The notes under the pieces were generated by a model that was given only the letters and a program-made list of their open reading frames with translations, had not been told where the DNA came from and searched no databases. Position numbers and translations under genes: made by a program. From Alphaproteobacteria bacterium (lineage in GTDB: Bacteria; Pseudomonadota; Alphaproteobacteria; Bin95), in contig CAXXWS020000003.1 of the NCBI GenBank assembly GCA_963665325.3, forward strand, positions 320,001-384,000: a DNA stretch of 64,000 bases, in the 5' to 3' direction. Below, in pieces: positions 10,248 through 20,878 of the stretch (within the stretch, counting starts at the first letter, position 1; every line of letters starts with the position of its first letter).

Positions 10248-10301
10248 CGCAGGGGTGTCCTCGCATCGAATCGTCATATATTTCATATACTTTAGAGCCG
10301 C

Positions 10302-11336
10302 ATGAACAATCTCGCCACAGACATTCTCGACTCCCTGCCCGACCCCGTCCTGCTGCTGGACGCCGGGCGGATCGTCACGAGCATCAACCCGGCGGCGCGC
10401 GCGGTGCTGGGCGATCCCGCCCTCGGCCGGGACCTCAGCCACAGCCTGCGCCACCCGGATGCGCTCCGCGCCGTGGACGCCGTGCTGACGGAAGGCGGCC
10501 TCCACGGCGTCGAGGTCAGCCTGCCGGTACCGATCGCGCGCGCCTTCGATCTCCAGGCGTTGGCGGCCCCCGGCGGGCAGGGCGGCGCGCTGGTCATCAT
10601 GCGCGATGTCACCGCGGTCCGGCAGAACGAGCGGATGCGCGCCGATTTCGTCTCCAATGTCAGCCACGAGCTGCGCTCGCCGCTGGCGACGCTGATCGGC
10701 TTCATCGAAACCCTGCGCGGGCCGGCGGCGAACGACCCTGAGGCGCGGGTGCGCTTTCTGGAGATCATGGACGCGGAGGCCGCGCGCATGTCGCGGCTCG
10801 TGGACGACCTGCTGTCGCTGGCTCGCGTCGAGTCGCGCGAGCATATCCAGCCGGAGACGGCGCTCGAACTTGCGCCCCTGCTCGAGGGCGTCGCCGAGAT
10901 GCTGGCGCTGCGCTCGGACGTGCCGGTGGCGCTGGACATCGCAGACGGCCTGCCGCCGGTGCTGGGCGAAAAGGACGAACTGACCCAGGTATTCGAGAAC
11001 CTGCTGGACAACGCCATCAAATATGGCGGCGAGGATGTGCGTCTGGAGGCGGCGCCGGTCGCGCGCATCCCCGATATCGGCCTGCCGGGCGCCTCCATCG
11101 CCGTGACGGATGCCGGCCCAGGCATCGACGACGCCGACCTGCCGCGGCTGACCGAACGCTTTTACCGCGCGGACAAGGCCCGCTCGCGGCAACTCGGCGG
11201 CACCGGCCTTGGCCTCGCGATCGTGAAGCACATCGTAAACCGGCATCGCGGGCGCATGGCGGCAACAAGCACGGTCGGCCAGGGAAGCTGCTTCACCGTA
11301 TATCTGCCGTCCGCCGAGGGCGCGAACGCCCCTTAG
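10302..11336 (+). CDS. phoR: phosphate regulon sensor kinase (PAS-HisKA-HATPase, no TM helices)
   Basis: RADFVSNVSHELRSPL, NLLDNAIKY, LTERFYRADKARSR, GGTGLGLAIVKH; directly upstream of pstS. Confidence 0.92.
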   Translation: MNNLATDILDSLPDPVLLLDAGRIVTSINPAARAVLGDPALGRDLSHSLRHPDALRAVDAVLTEGGLHGVEVSLPVPIARAFDLQALAAPGGQGGALVIMRDVTAVRQNERMRADFVSNVSHELRSPLATLIGFIETLRGPAANDPEARVRFLEIMDAEAARMSRLVDDLLSLARVESREHIQPETALELAPLLEGVAEMLALRSDVPVALDIADGLPPVLGEKDELTQVFENLLDNAIKYGGEDVRLEAAPVARIPDIGLPGASIAVTDAGPGIDDADLPRLTERFYRADKARSRQLGGTGLGLAIVKHIVNRHRGRMAATSTVGQGSCFTVYLPSAEGANAP

Positions 11337-11371
11337 GCCAGTGTCGTAATTCCGTTTGGCACGGGCCGGCG

Positions 11372-11393
11372 GCGTCACATTACCGTAATGAAA
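11372..11393 (+). promoter_or_regulatory. putative Pho box upstream of pstS
   Basis: GCGTCAC-ATTA-CCGTAAT-GAAA has 11-bp periodicity and resembles CTGTCAT-N4-CTGTCAT. An extra half-site GTGTCGT lies at 11341. Confidence 0.7.
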
Positions 11394-11514
11394 ATGCAGT
11401 ACCTGTGACGCGGGTTTGCAACGGCCGCATCATTGCTGCGCGGCAGGGTGGCAGCGGGCGGCCAGGCACACGCATGGCTGTCGCCGTAACCATGTCAACA
11501 AGGGACGCTCCCAG

Positions 11515-12561
11515 ATGAAAAAGACGCTGATCGCCGCGCTGTTCGCCGGCGTGGCCGTCGCGGGCGCCGCAGAGGCCCGCGACCAGATCCGCATTGTCGG
11601 GTCCTCGACCGTGTTCCCGTTCTCGACGGCAGTGGCCGAACGGTTCGGCAAGACGACCTCGTTCAAGACCCCGATCGTCGAGTCGACCGGCTCGGGCGGC
11701 GGGCTCAAGCTGTTCTGCACGGGGATCGGCGAAGGCCATCCCGACATTACCAACGCCTCGCGCCGCATCAAGGCGAAGGAAGTGAAAAAGTGCGCGGACA
11801 ACGGCATCGCCGATGTGATCGAGGTCAAGGTCGGCTATGACGGCATCGTGCTCGCCAATTCCCGCGCGACGGACCGGATGTCGTTGACCCTCAAGGATGT
11901 CTTCCTGGCGCTCGCGCACGAGGTGCCGGACGGCGCCTGCGGGAGCGCGGACGCCTGCCCGATGAAGGCGAACCCGAACAAGACCTGGAAGGACGTCAAT
12001 ACCGACCTGCCGGATGTGCGCATCGAGGTGCTCGGCCCGCCCGCGACCTCCGGCACGCGAGACGCCTTCGTCGAGCTCGCCATGGAAGGCGGCTGTAAGA
12101 CGTTCGCCGGCATCGCGGCCATGAAGAAGGCAGACAAGAATGCCTACAAGAAGGTCTGCCACACGATCCGCGAAGACGGCGCGTATATCGAGGCCGGCGA
12201 GAACGACAATTTGATCGTCCAGAAGCTGACGACCAATCCGCGCGCGCTCGGCATCTTCGGCTTCAGCTTCCTCGACCAGAACGACGACACGCTGCAGGGC
12301 AGCACGATCGACGGCGTGGCGCCGGAGTTCGAGGAGATCGCCGACGGCAACTATCCCGTCTCCCGTGCGCTGTTCTTCTATGCGAAGAAGGCGCATATCG
12401 GCGAGGTGCCCGGCATCGCCGAGTTCATCGCCGAGTTCACGAACGAGGCGACATGGGGCCCCGACGGCTACCTGGCCGACAAGGGCCTGATCCCGATGTC
12501 CGATGCCGAGCGCGAGGAGTGGCGCGCGGCGGCCAACGGCCTCCAGAACCTGTCCATGTAG
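11515..12561 (+). CDS. pstS: phosphate ABC transporter substrate-binding protein
   Basis: Signal peptide, IVGSSTVFPF, ESTGSGGG, NASRRIK, GPPATSGTRDAF, YPVSRALFFY. Confidence 0.96.
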   Translation: MKKTLIAALFAGVAVAGAAEARDQIRIVGSSTVFPFSTAVAERFGKTTSFKTPIVESTGSGGGLKLFCTGIGEGHPDITNASRRIKAKEVKKCADNGIADVIEVKVGYDGIVLANSRATDRMSLTLKDVFLALAHEVPDGACGSADACPMKANPNKTWKDVNTDLPDVRIEVLGPPATSGTRDAFVELAMEGGCKTFAGIAAMKKADKNAYKKVCHTIREDGAYIEAGENDNLIVQKLTTNPRALGIFGFSFLDQNDDTLQGSTIDGVAPEFEEIADGNYPVSRALFFYAKKAHIGEVPGIAEFIAEFTNEATWGPDGYLADKGLIPMSDAEREEWRAAANGLQNLSM

Positions 12562-12584
12562 GGCGGGCGGTGGCGGAGCCCGGC

Positions 12585-13574
12585 ATGGCGCAAGCAGCCG
12601 CAACGGCGCAGGGCGGAACGCGCCCCTCGCTCATGGCGGCGCCGGAAGGACGGCGCGCGCGCCAGGTCCTGGGCGAGCGCGTCCTGCTCGGGCTCCTCGC
12701 CGCCAGTTCCCTCGTCGCGATCCTGACGACCGTCGGGATCGCATTGTCGCTGCTGTTCGAAACCCTTCGCTTTCTCGACGCGGTTCCGCTGTTCGACTTT
12801 CTCTTCGGGCTGAACTGGAGCCCGCAGATCGCCATCCGCGAGGACCAGGTGGGGTCGAGCGGCGCGTTCGGCGTGATCCCGCTGCTGGTCGGCACCGGAC
12901 TCATCGCCGCCGTGGCGATGACCGTCGCCGGGCCGTTAGGACTGCTTTCGGCCATCTACCTTGCGGAATACGCAAGCCCCCGGGCCCGGTCCTTCGCCAA
13001 GCCGATCCTCGAAATCCTGGCTGGTATCCCGACCGTGGTTTACGGCTTCTTCGCGGTGCTCGTCGTCGCGCCCTTCGTGCGTGACAGCTCGGAGGCCGTC
13101 GGCTTCGAGGTCTCGTCCGAGAGCGCGCTGGCCGCCGGCGTGGTGATGGGCGTGATGATCGTGCCCATCGTCTCGTCTATCGCCGACGATGTCATTTCCG
13201 CCGTGCCCCAGTCCCTGCGCGAAGGCGCCTACGGGCTGGGCGCAACCAAATCGGAGACCGTCCGGGACATCGTGCTCCCGGCCGCGCTCCCCGGCATCGG
13301 CGGCGCACTCCTGCTTGGCGTCTCGCGCGCAATCGGGGAGACCATGATCGTGGTCATGGCGGCCGGCCTTTCGGCCCACCTGACCGTCAATCCACTTCAG
13401 GCCGTGACCACCGTCACGGTGCAGATGGTCGCCCTGCTGACCGGCGACCAGGAATTCGACAGCCCGAAGACGCTGGCCGCCTTCGCGCTCGGCCTCCTGC
13501 TGTTCATCGCGACGCTGATCCTGAACCTCATCGCGCTCATGCTCGTGCGCCGCTACCAGGAACGCTATGACTGA
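12585..13574 (+). CDS. pstC: phosphate ABC transporter permease PstC
   Basis: KPILEILAGIPTVVYG, VPQSLREGAYGLGAT, SRAIGETM. Start uncertain (12585 or 12633). Confidence 0.94.
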   Translation: MAQAAATAQGGTRPSLMAAPEGRRARQVLGERVLLGLLAASSLVAILTTVGIALSLLFETLRFLDAVPLFDFLFGLNWSPQIAIREDQVGSSGAFGVIPLLVGTGLIAAVAMTVAGPLGLLSAIYLAEYASPRARSFAKPILEILAGIPTVVYGFFAVLVVAPFVRDSSEAVGFEVSSESALAAGVVMGVMIVPIVSSIADDVISAVPQSLREGAYGLGATKSETVRDIVLPAALPGIGGALLLGVSRAIGETMIVVMAAGLSAHLTVNPLQAVTTVTVQMVALLTGDQEFDSPKTLAAFALGLLLFIATLILNLIALMLVRRYQERYD

Positions 13575-14847
13575 CCCGCGGCAGAGCCCGACCGAGACGA
13601 TCCTGGCGTCGCTGCCGCGGCGGCGGCGGGCCGAGGCGCGGTTCCACTTCTACGGTATCGCCGCCATCGGTATTGCGCTTGCCTTTCTCATCCTGTTGAT
13701 CGGCGCGATCGGCCACCAGGGTATCGGCGCCTTCTCGCAGACCGAGATCGCCCTGGACGTCACCCTGGACGAGAGCGTCCTCGACCCCTCCGGCACACGC
13801 GACCCCGAAACCCTTTCGACCGCCAACTACCGGGCCGTCGTCCGCGCGGCGCTCGGCGAAATCTTCCCGGACGCAGTGCGCAAACGCCGGGACCGGCGGA
13901 AGCTCACCGCGCTGGTGAGCGTCGGCGCCGGCTTCGAATTGCGCGAGCTGGTCCTCGAAAACCCCGGCCTGATCGGCCGGACCATGCGTGTCTGGGCGCC
14001 GGCCGACGATGAAGTGGATATGCTGTTCAAGGGCGTAACCGCCCGTGATTCCGGGCGCTTCACCGAGAAGCAATTGGGGTGGCTCGACCGGCTGGAGGCG
14101 GAAGGCCGCATCCGCAGCACCTTCAACTGGCGCTTCTTCTCCAATGGCGACAGCCGGGAACCGGAGCTTGCCGGCATTCTCGGCGCGATGTCGGGCTCGT
14201 TCTTCGCGCTCATGACCTGCCTTGTGCTGAGCTTTCCGCTCGGCGTGATGGCAGCGATCTACCTCGAGGAATTCGCGCCGCGAAACCGGTGGACCGATCT
14301 CGTCGAGATCAATATCAACAATCTCGCCGCCGTGCCTTCCATCGTCTTCGGACTGCTGGGCCTCGCAGCCTTCCTGGGCTTCATGGGGCTGGCGCGCTCC
14401 GCGCCGCTGGTCGGGGGCATGGTGCTCGCCCTCATGACCCTTCCCACCATCATCATCGTGACGCGGGCCTCGCTCCACGCGGTGCCTCCCTCGATCCGCG
14501 AGGCCGCTATCGGTCTCGGGGCCAGCCGGATGCAGGCCATGCTCCACCACACGTTGCCGCTCGCCACGCCGGGCATCATGACCGGCACGATCATCGGCAT
14601 GGCCCGGGCGCTCGGCGAATTGGCGCCGCTCATCATGATCGGCATGGTCGCCTTCATCGTGGACGTGCCCCAGGGGCCGCTCGATCCTGCATCCGCCCTG
14701 CCGGTGCAGGTCTATATCTGGGCCGACAGCCCGGAACGCGCCTTCGCCGAGAAGACCGCAGCGGCTATCATCGTGCTCCTCGCGTTCCTGGTCGTCATGA
14801 ACCTGACGGCAGTCATTCTGCGCCGGCGTTTCGAGCGCCGCTGGTAG
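13567..14847 (+). CDS. pstA: phosphate ABC transporter permease PstA
   Basis: [42 protein letters not shown]. Confidence 0.95.
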   Translation: MTDPRQSPTETILASLPRRRRAEARFHFYGIAAIGIALAFLILLIGAIGHQGIGAFSQTEIALDVTLDESVLDPSGTRDPETLSTANYRAVVRAALGEIFPDAVRKRRDRRKLTALVSVGAGFELRELVLENPGLIGRTMRVWAPADDEVDMLFKGVTARDSGRFTEKQLGWLDRLEAEGRIRSTFNWRFFSNGDSREPELAGILGAMSGSFFALMTCLVLSFPLGVMAAIYLEEFAPRNRWTDLVEININNLAAVPSIVFGLLGLAAFLGFMGLARSAPLVGGMVLALMTLPTIIIVTRASLHAVPPSIREAAIGLGASRMQAMLHHTLPLATPGIMTGTIIGMARALGELAPLIMIGMVAFIVDVPQGPLDPASALPVQVYIWADSPERAFAEKTAAAIIVLLAFLVVMNLTAVILRRRFERRW

Positions 14848-14867
14848 GAGGCACGATCCCGTTGGAC

Positions 14868-15641
14868 ATGTCCCCGAGCACGATCCGGCCCAAGCTGACG
14901 GCCCGCGGCGTCAATGTCTTCTACGGCGACGCCCAGGCGCTGAACCGGGTCGATCTCGACATCCGCGCACACGAGGTCACGGCGCTCATCGGCCCGTCCG
15001 GCTGCGGCAAGTCCACCTTCCTGCGCTGCCTCAACCGGATGAACGACCTGATCGACATCTGCCGGGTGGACGGCGATATCCGCCTCGACGGCGAGGACGT
15101 TTACGACCCGGCGGTGGACCTCGTCTATCTGCGCGCCCGCATCGGCATGGTGTTCCAGAAGCCCAACCCGTTCCCTAAGTCGATCCACGATAATGTCGCC
15201 TACGGGCCGAAGATCCACGGGCTGGCGCGCTCGCGCGCCGAGATGGACGACATCGTCACGTCGAGCCTGGAGCGCGCCGGCCTCTGGGAGGAAGTGAAGG
15301 ACCGTCTCGACGCGCCCGCGACCGGGCTCTCGGGCGGGCAGCAGCAGCGCTTGTGCATCGCGCGCGCGATTGCGGTGCGTCCTGAGGTCATCCTGATGGA
15401 CGAGCCCTGCTCCTCTCTCGACCCCATCGCCACGGCGCGCATCGAGGCGCTGATGGATGAGCTCAAGCAGAACTTCACTATCGTCATCGTGACCCATTCG
15501 ATGCAGCAGGCCGCGCGTGTCTCGCAGCGCACGGCCTTCTTCCACCTCGGCGACCTTGTCGAGGTCGGCGATACCGACACGGTGTTTACCCAGCCTGTCG
15601 ATCCGCGCACGGAATCCTATATTTCCGGCCGGATCGGCTGA
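14868..15641 (+). CDS. pstB: phosphate ABC transporter ATP-binding protein
   Basis: [50 protein letters not shown]. Alternative TTG start at 14862. Confidence 0.96.
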   Translation: MSPSTIRPKLTARGVNVFYGDAQALNRVDLDIRAHEVTALIGPSGCGKSTFLRCLNRMNDLIDICRVDGDIRLDGEDVYDPAVDLVYLRARIGMVFQKPNPFPKSIHDNVAYGPKIHGLARSRAEMDDIVTSSLERAGLWEEVKDRLDAPATGLSGGQQQRLCIARAIAVRPEVILMDEPCSSLDPIATARIEALMDELKQNFTIVIVTHSMQQAARVSQRTAFFHLGDLVEVGDTDTVFTQPVDPRTESYISGRIG

Positions 15642-15665
15642 CGGAGGACCGGGAGAAGCCTTCGG

Positions 15666-16385
15666 ATGAATGATCGAGCCGAGCATATCCACAAGGCTTT
15701 CGACGAGGAGCTGCGCCAGCTCGACAACCGGCTGGCCGAAATGGGCGGCCTGGTGGAAGCGCAGCTTGCCGGCGCCGTGGAAGCCCTCAGGCGCGGCAAC
15801 ACCGAACTCGCCGAGCAGGTCGTCGCCCGCGACAAGGAGATCGACGCGCTCGACATCGAGATCGACCTGTTCAGCGTCCGCCTGGTGGCGCTGCGCCAGC
15901 CTGTGGCGGCGGATCTCAGGACGATCTTCGCCGCCATCAGGATCTCTTCCGATCTGGAGCGGATCGGCGACATGGCCAAGAACATCGCCAGGCGGACGCA
16001 CGCGGTAAGCCGCTTTCCGCCGCTGGCGACAACAGCCTCCATCGCGTCGATGGCGCGCGTCGTGCAGACGATGATCAAGCAGGTGCTGGACGCCTGGACC
16101 GCGCGCGACACCGAAGCTGCGGCGGATATATTCGCCCGCGATGCCGAGGTGGACCAGCACTATGCAAGCCTGTTCCGCGAACTGCTGACCTACATGATGG
16201 AGGACCCGCGCAATATCGGGCCCTGCACCCATCTGCTTTTCGTCGCCAAGAACCTCGAACGCGTCGGCGACCACACGACCAATATCGCCGAGCAGATCGA
16301 CTATGCCGTGCTCGGCACCCGGTCCGCGGAGCGGGAGACGCATGATCCCACCAATACCCACATCCCGGCGGCGGAGGGCCAATGA
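15666..16385 (+). CDS. phoU: phosphate signalling protein PhoU
   Basis: QPVAADLR, DLERIGDMAKNIA, KNLERVGDHTTNIAE. Confidence 0.96.
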   Translation: MNDRAEHIHKAFDEELRQLDNRLAEMGGLVEAQLAGAVEALRRGNTELAEQVVARDKEIDALDIEIDLFSVRLVALRQPVAADLRTIFAAIRISSDLERIGDMAKNIARRTHAVSRFPPLATTASIASMARVVQTMIKQVLDAWTARDTEAAADIFARDAEVDQHYASLFRELLTYMMEDPRNIGPCTHLLFVAKNLERVGDHTTNIAEQIDYAVLGTRSAERETHDPTNTHIPAAEGQ

Positions 16386-17080
16386 GCGCAGACCGTCCGC
16401 ATATCCTGGTGGTTGAGGACGAGGCGCCCATCGTCGAACTGCTGCGCTACAACCTCGAGACTTCCGGCTATTCGGTGTCCGTGGCGACGGACGGCGACGA
16501 GGCGCTCGAACGGGTGGCCGAGGAGCAGCCGGATGCGGTGCTGCTGGACTGGATGCTGCCCCGCAAGTCCGGAATCGAGGTCTGCCGCGAGCTTCGCGCC
16601 AGGGCGGGCACGCGGCGGCTGCCGATCATCCTGCTGACGGCGCGGGGCGAGGAAGCCGACCGGGTTCGCGGGCTCGAAACCGGCGCCGACGACTATATCG
16701 TCAAGCCCTTCTCGCCCAGGGAGCTGGAGGCGCGCCTCAAGGCGGTGCTGCGCCGTTCGCATCCTGCGCTGGTGGAGGAGAAGCTCGAATATCGCGGCAT
16801 CGTCATCGACCTCGACCGTCACCGCGTCTCCCGCAACGGGCGCAAGGTGCATCTCGGCCCCAAGGAGTACCGGCTTCTGCGGACCTTCATGGAGAGGCCG
16901 ACACGGGTGCTGACGCGCGCCCAGCTTCTCGACTACGTCTGGGGCCGGGACGTCCATGTCGAGGAGCGCACGGTCGATGTCCATATCCGCCGGATGCGCC
17001 AGGCGCTCAACGGCGAAGGCGAGCCGGATGCGATCCGCACCGTGCGCTCCGGCGGCTACGCGCTCGACCTCGACCGCTGA
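16382..17080 (+). CDS. phoB: phosphate regulon response regulator
   Basis: LLDWMLP, LTARGEEADRVRGLETGADDY, ERTVDVHIRRMR; ATGA overlap with phoU. Confidence 0.96.
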   Translation: MSADRPHILVVEDEAPIVELLRYNLETSGYSVSVATDGDEALERVAEEQPDAVLLDWMLPRKSGIEVCRELRARAGTRRLPIILLTARGEEADRVRGLETGADDYIVKPFSPRELEARLKAVLRRSHPALVEEKLEYRGIVIDLDRHRVSRNGRKVHLGPKEYRLLRTFMERPTRVLTRAQLLDYVWGRDVHVEERTVDVHIRRMRQALNGEGEPDAIRTVRSGGYALDLDR

Positions 17081-17155
17081 GCCGGCCGCAGCCGCCATGG
17101 CGGTGCGCCGGAGCCTCGCGCTATATTGACGGACCGCTGGCGGAGCGCCCATGCC

Positions 17156-17857
17156 ATGATCGACGCCCATTACTGGCCGACCCCGAACGGCTGGAAAATC
17201 TCTATCGCGCTTGAGGAGATGGAGCTCGACTACCGTGTCGTGCCCGTCAATATCGGGCGCGGCGGCCAATTCGAGCCGGATTTCCTGGAGATCAGCCCCA
17301 ACAACCGCATGCCGGCCATCGTGGACCACGACCCGCCGGGCGGCGGCGAGCCGGTCTCCGTGTTCGAGAGCGGGGCGATCCTGCTCTATCTCGCCGAGAA
17401 GACCGGGAAGTTCCTGCCGTCAGACCTGCGCGGGCGCATGGAGGTGATCGAGTGGGTGATGTGGCAGATGGGCGGCCTCGGGCCGATGCTCGGCCAGTCC
17501 GGCCATTTCCGCTTCTACGCCCCGGAAACGCTGCCCTATGCGGTCGAGCGCTACACCAACGAGATGCTGCGGCTCTACGGCGTGCTCGACCGGCGGCTGG
17601 AAGGGCGCGAGTTCATCGCCGGCAACTATTCCATCGCCGACATGGCCTGCTGGCCCTGGGTCATCACCTACAAGCGCCAGGAAGTCGATCTCGACAGCTT
17701 CCCGAATGTGAAGCGCTGGTACAAGGGCCTGCAACAGCGCCCGGCGCTCCGGCGCGGCTACGAGGTCGGGCGCGAGTTCGGCAAGCCGACCGGCCAGTGG
17801 GACGAAGAGGCCCGCAAGAATCTCTACGCCCACCCCAATCCGGGAGCCGCCGAATGA
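17156..17857 (+). CDS. glutathione S-transferase, Nu class (YfcG/YghU-like)
   Basis: WPTPNGWK, ISPNNRMPAIVD, FESGAILLYLAEK, QMGGLGPMLGQ, YSIADMA. Confidence 0.92.
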   Translation: MIDAHYWPTPNGWKISIALEEMELDYRVVPVNIGRGGQFEPDFLEISPNNRMPAIVDHDPPGGGEPVSVFESGAILLYLAEKTGKFLPSDLRGRMEVIEWVMWQMGGLGPMLGQSGHFRFYAPETLPYAVERYTNEMLRLYGVLDRRLEGREFIAGNYSIADMACWPWVITYKRQEVDLDSFPNVKRWYKGLQQRPALRRGYEVGREFGKPTGQWDEEARKNLYAHPNPGAAE

Positions 17858-18321
17858 TCCAGATCAACGGTATGGCGCATGTCATCCTGACCGTGAGCCG
17901 GTTCGAGGAGTCGCGCGCGTTCTACTGCGGGCTGTTGCCCTTCCTCGGCATGCAGAAGGTCTATGACGGCAATAATTTCGTCTATCACGTGGGCGGGCGC
18001 ACCGCGCTCGGCATCCAGCGCCCGGCGCCGGAACATGAGGGCGAGCGCTTCGAGCAGAACCGGGTGGGGCTGCACCATCTCTGCTTCCGGGCGCGCTCGC
18101 GCGAGGATGTGGACAAGGCGGCGGCCAAGGTCCGGGAGCTCGGCGGCAAGATCGACCGCGGCCCGCTGGAGGGCGATTTCGCGCCCGGCTACTACTATTT
18201 CGTCTTCGAGGACCCGGACGGCATCCGGCTCGAACTCAACTACGTCCCCGGCAAGGGCCTGCTCGCCACCGAAACGCCCCTGTCCCCCAGCGACGACCCC
18301 GACTGGGACCAGAACCCGTAG
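17854..18321 (+). CDS. VOC/glyoxalase family protein
   Basis: AHVILTV, VGLHHLCFRARSREDVD, FEDPDGIRLE; ATGA overlap with the GST gene. Confidence 0.9.
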   Translation: MIQINGMAHVILTVSRFEESRAFYCGLLPFLGMQKVYDGNNFVYHVGGRTALGIQRPAPEHEGERFEQNRVGLHHLCFRARSREDVDKAAAKVRELGGKIDRGPLEGDFAPGYYYFVFEDPDGIRLELNYVPGKGLLATETPLSPSDDPDWDQNP

Positions 18322-18336
18322 GACGATGCCGGCTCG

Positions 18337-18789
18337 TTATCGGGCCAGCGAGTCCAGGAAGCCCTGGAGGATATAGACGGCGGCCAGCGTGTCCTTGGCG
18401 GCGCGGCGGCGGCGGCGGCTGGCATCGTCGGCCAGCATGGCGCGCTCGACGGCGTTGGTGGAGAAGCGCTCGTCCCACATCAGCGCCGGCAGGTCGCGGT
18501 GCGCCATCAGGTTCAGGGCGAACTGGCGCACCTGTCGGGCGCGCCGGCCCTCGCGGCCGTCGAGATCGAGCGGCAGGCCGACGACAAGCGCTGCCGCGCC
18601 CCGCTCGTCCGCGGCCGCAAGCAGCATCGCCGCCGTGTCCGCAAACCGCTTCGCGCGCCGGACCGCGCCCGCCGGGGAGGCAACGCGCCGGTCCGGGTCC
18701 GAAACCGCGAGCCCGACCGTCCGGTCCCCCACATCTAGCGCCATCAGCCGCCCGGCAGCCGGCAGGTCCTCAGCTTCGACGAAGGGCAT
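18337..18789 (-). CDS. ruvX: YqgF/RuvX family nuclease (pre-16S rRNA processing)
   Basis: MALDVGDRTVGLAVSD, VVGLPL, WDERFST, DTLAAVYILQGFLD. Confidence 0.93.
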   Translation of the reverse strand: MPFVEAEDLPAAGRLMALDVGDRTVGLAVSDPDRRVASPAGAVRRAKRFADTAAMLLAAADERGAAALVVGLPLDLDGREGRRARQVRQFALNLMAHRDLPALMWDERFSTNAVERAMLADDASRRRRRAAKDTLAAVYILQGFLDSLAR

Positions 18790-18801
18790 GAATGGGCCGG
18801 C

Positions 18802-20121
18802 TCAGTCTTCCTGCGCCAGCAATTCGCGTTGCGTGCGGCCCTTGTATTCGGTGCGGAAGCGGCCGCGGCGCTGGAGGATGGGCACCACCTGGTCCACGAA
18901 CTCCTCGATGGCGCCGGGGCTGTAGATCGACGAAAGCATGAAGCCGTCGCCGCCGGCCTCGTCGAAGAACGCCTCCATCTGGTCCGCAACGCTCTCGGGT
19001 GTGCCGACGAACTGCGGCAGGCTCACGCTCTGCCCGTGGCGGCGCGCCACCTCCGCCAGCGTCATGGGCGTGCCGTCCGTCTTGCGGAAGCGGGTGCGCA
19101 TACGCACCAGCTCCGGCTCCGGGCGCTCCAGCATGATGTCGTCGTCGCCGATGCCTGCGAGGTCCATGTTGAGATGGGCGGAAAGGATGGCCTTACCCCC
19201 CTCGACCGGCACCAGCTCGTTGTGCTCCTCCTGCTTCTCGCGCGCCTCGGCCTCGGTCTCGCCCAGGATCGGCTGCATGCCGAACAGGATGCGGCAGCTC
19301 TCGGGCCGGCGCCCGAAGCCCGCCATGCGCGCCTTGATGTCGGAGAGATAGGCGCCGGCGTCTTCCGCCCTCGGCTGGATGGCGAACACCGCATCGGCAT
19401 AGCGGGCGGCGAAATCGCGCCCGCCGGGCGAGGTGCCGGCCTGGAGGATCGCCGGGCCGTTCTGCGGCGAGCGCACCACATTGAGCGGCCCGCGCGAGCG
19501 GAAGAACTCGCCCTCATGCTCGATCCGGCGCACCTTGGAGGCATCCGCGAAGCGCGCGCCCTCACGGTCCAGCAGCACCGCGTCTTCGTCCCAGCTGTCC
19601 CAGAGCTTCTGGCAGACCTGCATATATTCGTGCGCGCGCTCGTAGCGCCGCTCCGTCGGCTCGCGCTCCGTGCCGTAATTGGCGGCCTGGTTGCTGTTGA
19701 TGGAGGTCACAACATTCCAGCCGACGCGGCCGGAGGTCATGTGGTCGAGCGTCGCCCACAGGCGGGCGGCATAGAAGGGATGCTGGTTCGAGACCGAGAA
19801 AGTGGCCGCGACGCCGATGCGCTCCGTCACCGCGCCGAGCCAGCCGAGCAGCGGCACCGGGTCGTGCTCCGGCGCCTGCACGGCATAGCGCAGCGCCGGC
19901 TCCAGCGAGCCCTGGTAGGTGTCCGAGATGTAGTTGAGGTCGGCGAAGAACACCATGTCGAACAGCCCGCGCTCGCAGGTGCGCGCGATATGCTCATAGA
20001 GGCCCGGCCGCGCCCAGTCCCATGCAGGGTCGGTCTTCGGATGCCGCCACATGGCGAGGCTGTGATAGGTGGGCCCGTGCGTCAGGAACTGGGCCAGGTG
20101 CATCATCCCGCCGCGCGCCAC
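18802..20121 (-). CDS. NtaA/DmoA family FMN-dependent monooxygenase (LLM class)
   Basis: ERGLFDMVFFAD, ATLDHMTSGRVGWNVVTS, ILQAGTS, VPILQRRGRFRTEY. GTG start with GAGGAGG RBS. Confidence 0.92.
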   Translation of the reverse strand: MARGGMMHLAQFLTHGPTYHSLAMWRHPKTDPAWDWARPGLYEHIARTCERGLFDMVFFADLNYISDTYQGSLEPALRYAVQAPEHDPVPLLGWLGAVTERIGVAATFSVSNQHPFYAARLWATLDHMTSGRVGWNVVTSINSNQAANYGTEREPTERRYERAHEYMQVCQKLWDSWDEDAVLLDREGARFADASKVRRIEHEGEFFRSRGPLNVVRSPQNGPAILQAGTSPGGRDFAARYADAVFAIQPRAEDAGAYLSDIKARMAGFGRRPESCRILFGMQPILGETEAEAREKQEEHNELVPVEGGKAILSAHLNMDLAGIGDDDIMLERPEPELVRMRTRFRKTDGTPMTLAEVARRHGQSVSLPQFVGTPESVADQMEAFFDEAGGDGFMLSSIYSPGAIEEFVDQVVPILQRRGRFRTEYKGRTQRELLAQED

Positions 20122-20131
20122 CGCCTCCTCC

Positions 20132-20800
20132 CTATCCGTCCGTCAGCGCATCGCCGCCGAAGCGCTCGCGGGTCGCAATCTCGGCGACGCCGAGGCGGCG
20201 GAGCTTCGTCAGCTGGCGGGCCGGCCTGCCCAGCGGCACGACGGCCGCCACGGCGAAGTTCGCGGGGATATCGAGCAGGCGCCTGACTTCCGGCTCCTCG
20301 GCGACCGCGAGCGTGGTGATCGTGCCGCCGAGCCCGGCCTGGCGCGCCGCCAGCAGCGTGTTCCACACGAACGGGTAGATCGACGCGCCGGAGATGACGC
20401 CGACGCGATCCAGATAGCGGTCCATCGAGGCGACAGCGCCGAGATCGACGATGAAGACCAGCACCACGGGCGCTTCCTTGAACGGCTCGGTCAGGCGCGA
20501 TGGCGGCCGCGTTGCGGCGGCTTCCTCGTCCGTGACCGCCGAGGGATGCACCGTGTTCCAGGGGCTTTCGCCGCGCTTGACCTGGGCCGCGTAGCGCTTC
20601 GCCGCCGGCTCGGCCAGCGCCGCCAGCCGGGCCTTCGTGGCCGGGTCGCGGACGACGATCACCCGGTTGCCCTGCCGGTTGCCGCCGCTCGGCGCGAAAC
20701 GCGCGACCTCGAGCAGCCGGCCGATCGTCTCGTCCGGCACCGGGTCGTCCGTGAAGTCCCGGCAGGCGAAGGTGGTCCGCATCGCCTCGTCGAGTTCCAT
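20132..20800 (-). CDS. nitroreductase family protein
   Basis: RTTFACRDFTDDPVP, ARFAPSGGNRQ, LLAARQAGLG. Confidence 0.9.
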   Translation of the reverse strand: MELDEAMRTTFACRDFTDDPVPDETIGRLLEVARFAPSGGNRQGNRVIVVRDPATKARLAALAEPAAKRYAAQVKRGESPWNTVHPSAVTDEEAAATRPPSRLTEPFKEAPVVLVFIVDLGAVASMDRYLDRVGVISGASIYPFVWNTLLAARQAGLGGTITTLAVAEEPEVRRLLDIPANFAVAAVVPLGRPARQLTKLRRLGVAEIATRERFGGDALTDG

Positions 20801-20878
20801 GGCCTTCCGTCTCCCCCAAATGCCTCGCCAAGCGGGACTCTTGCAGCAACCGCCCCGCCCGGCAAGAGAGCGCGCCTG

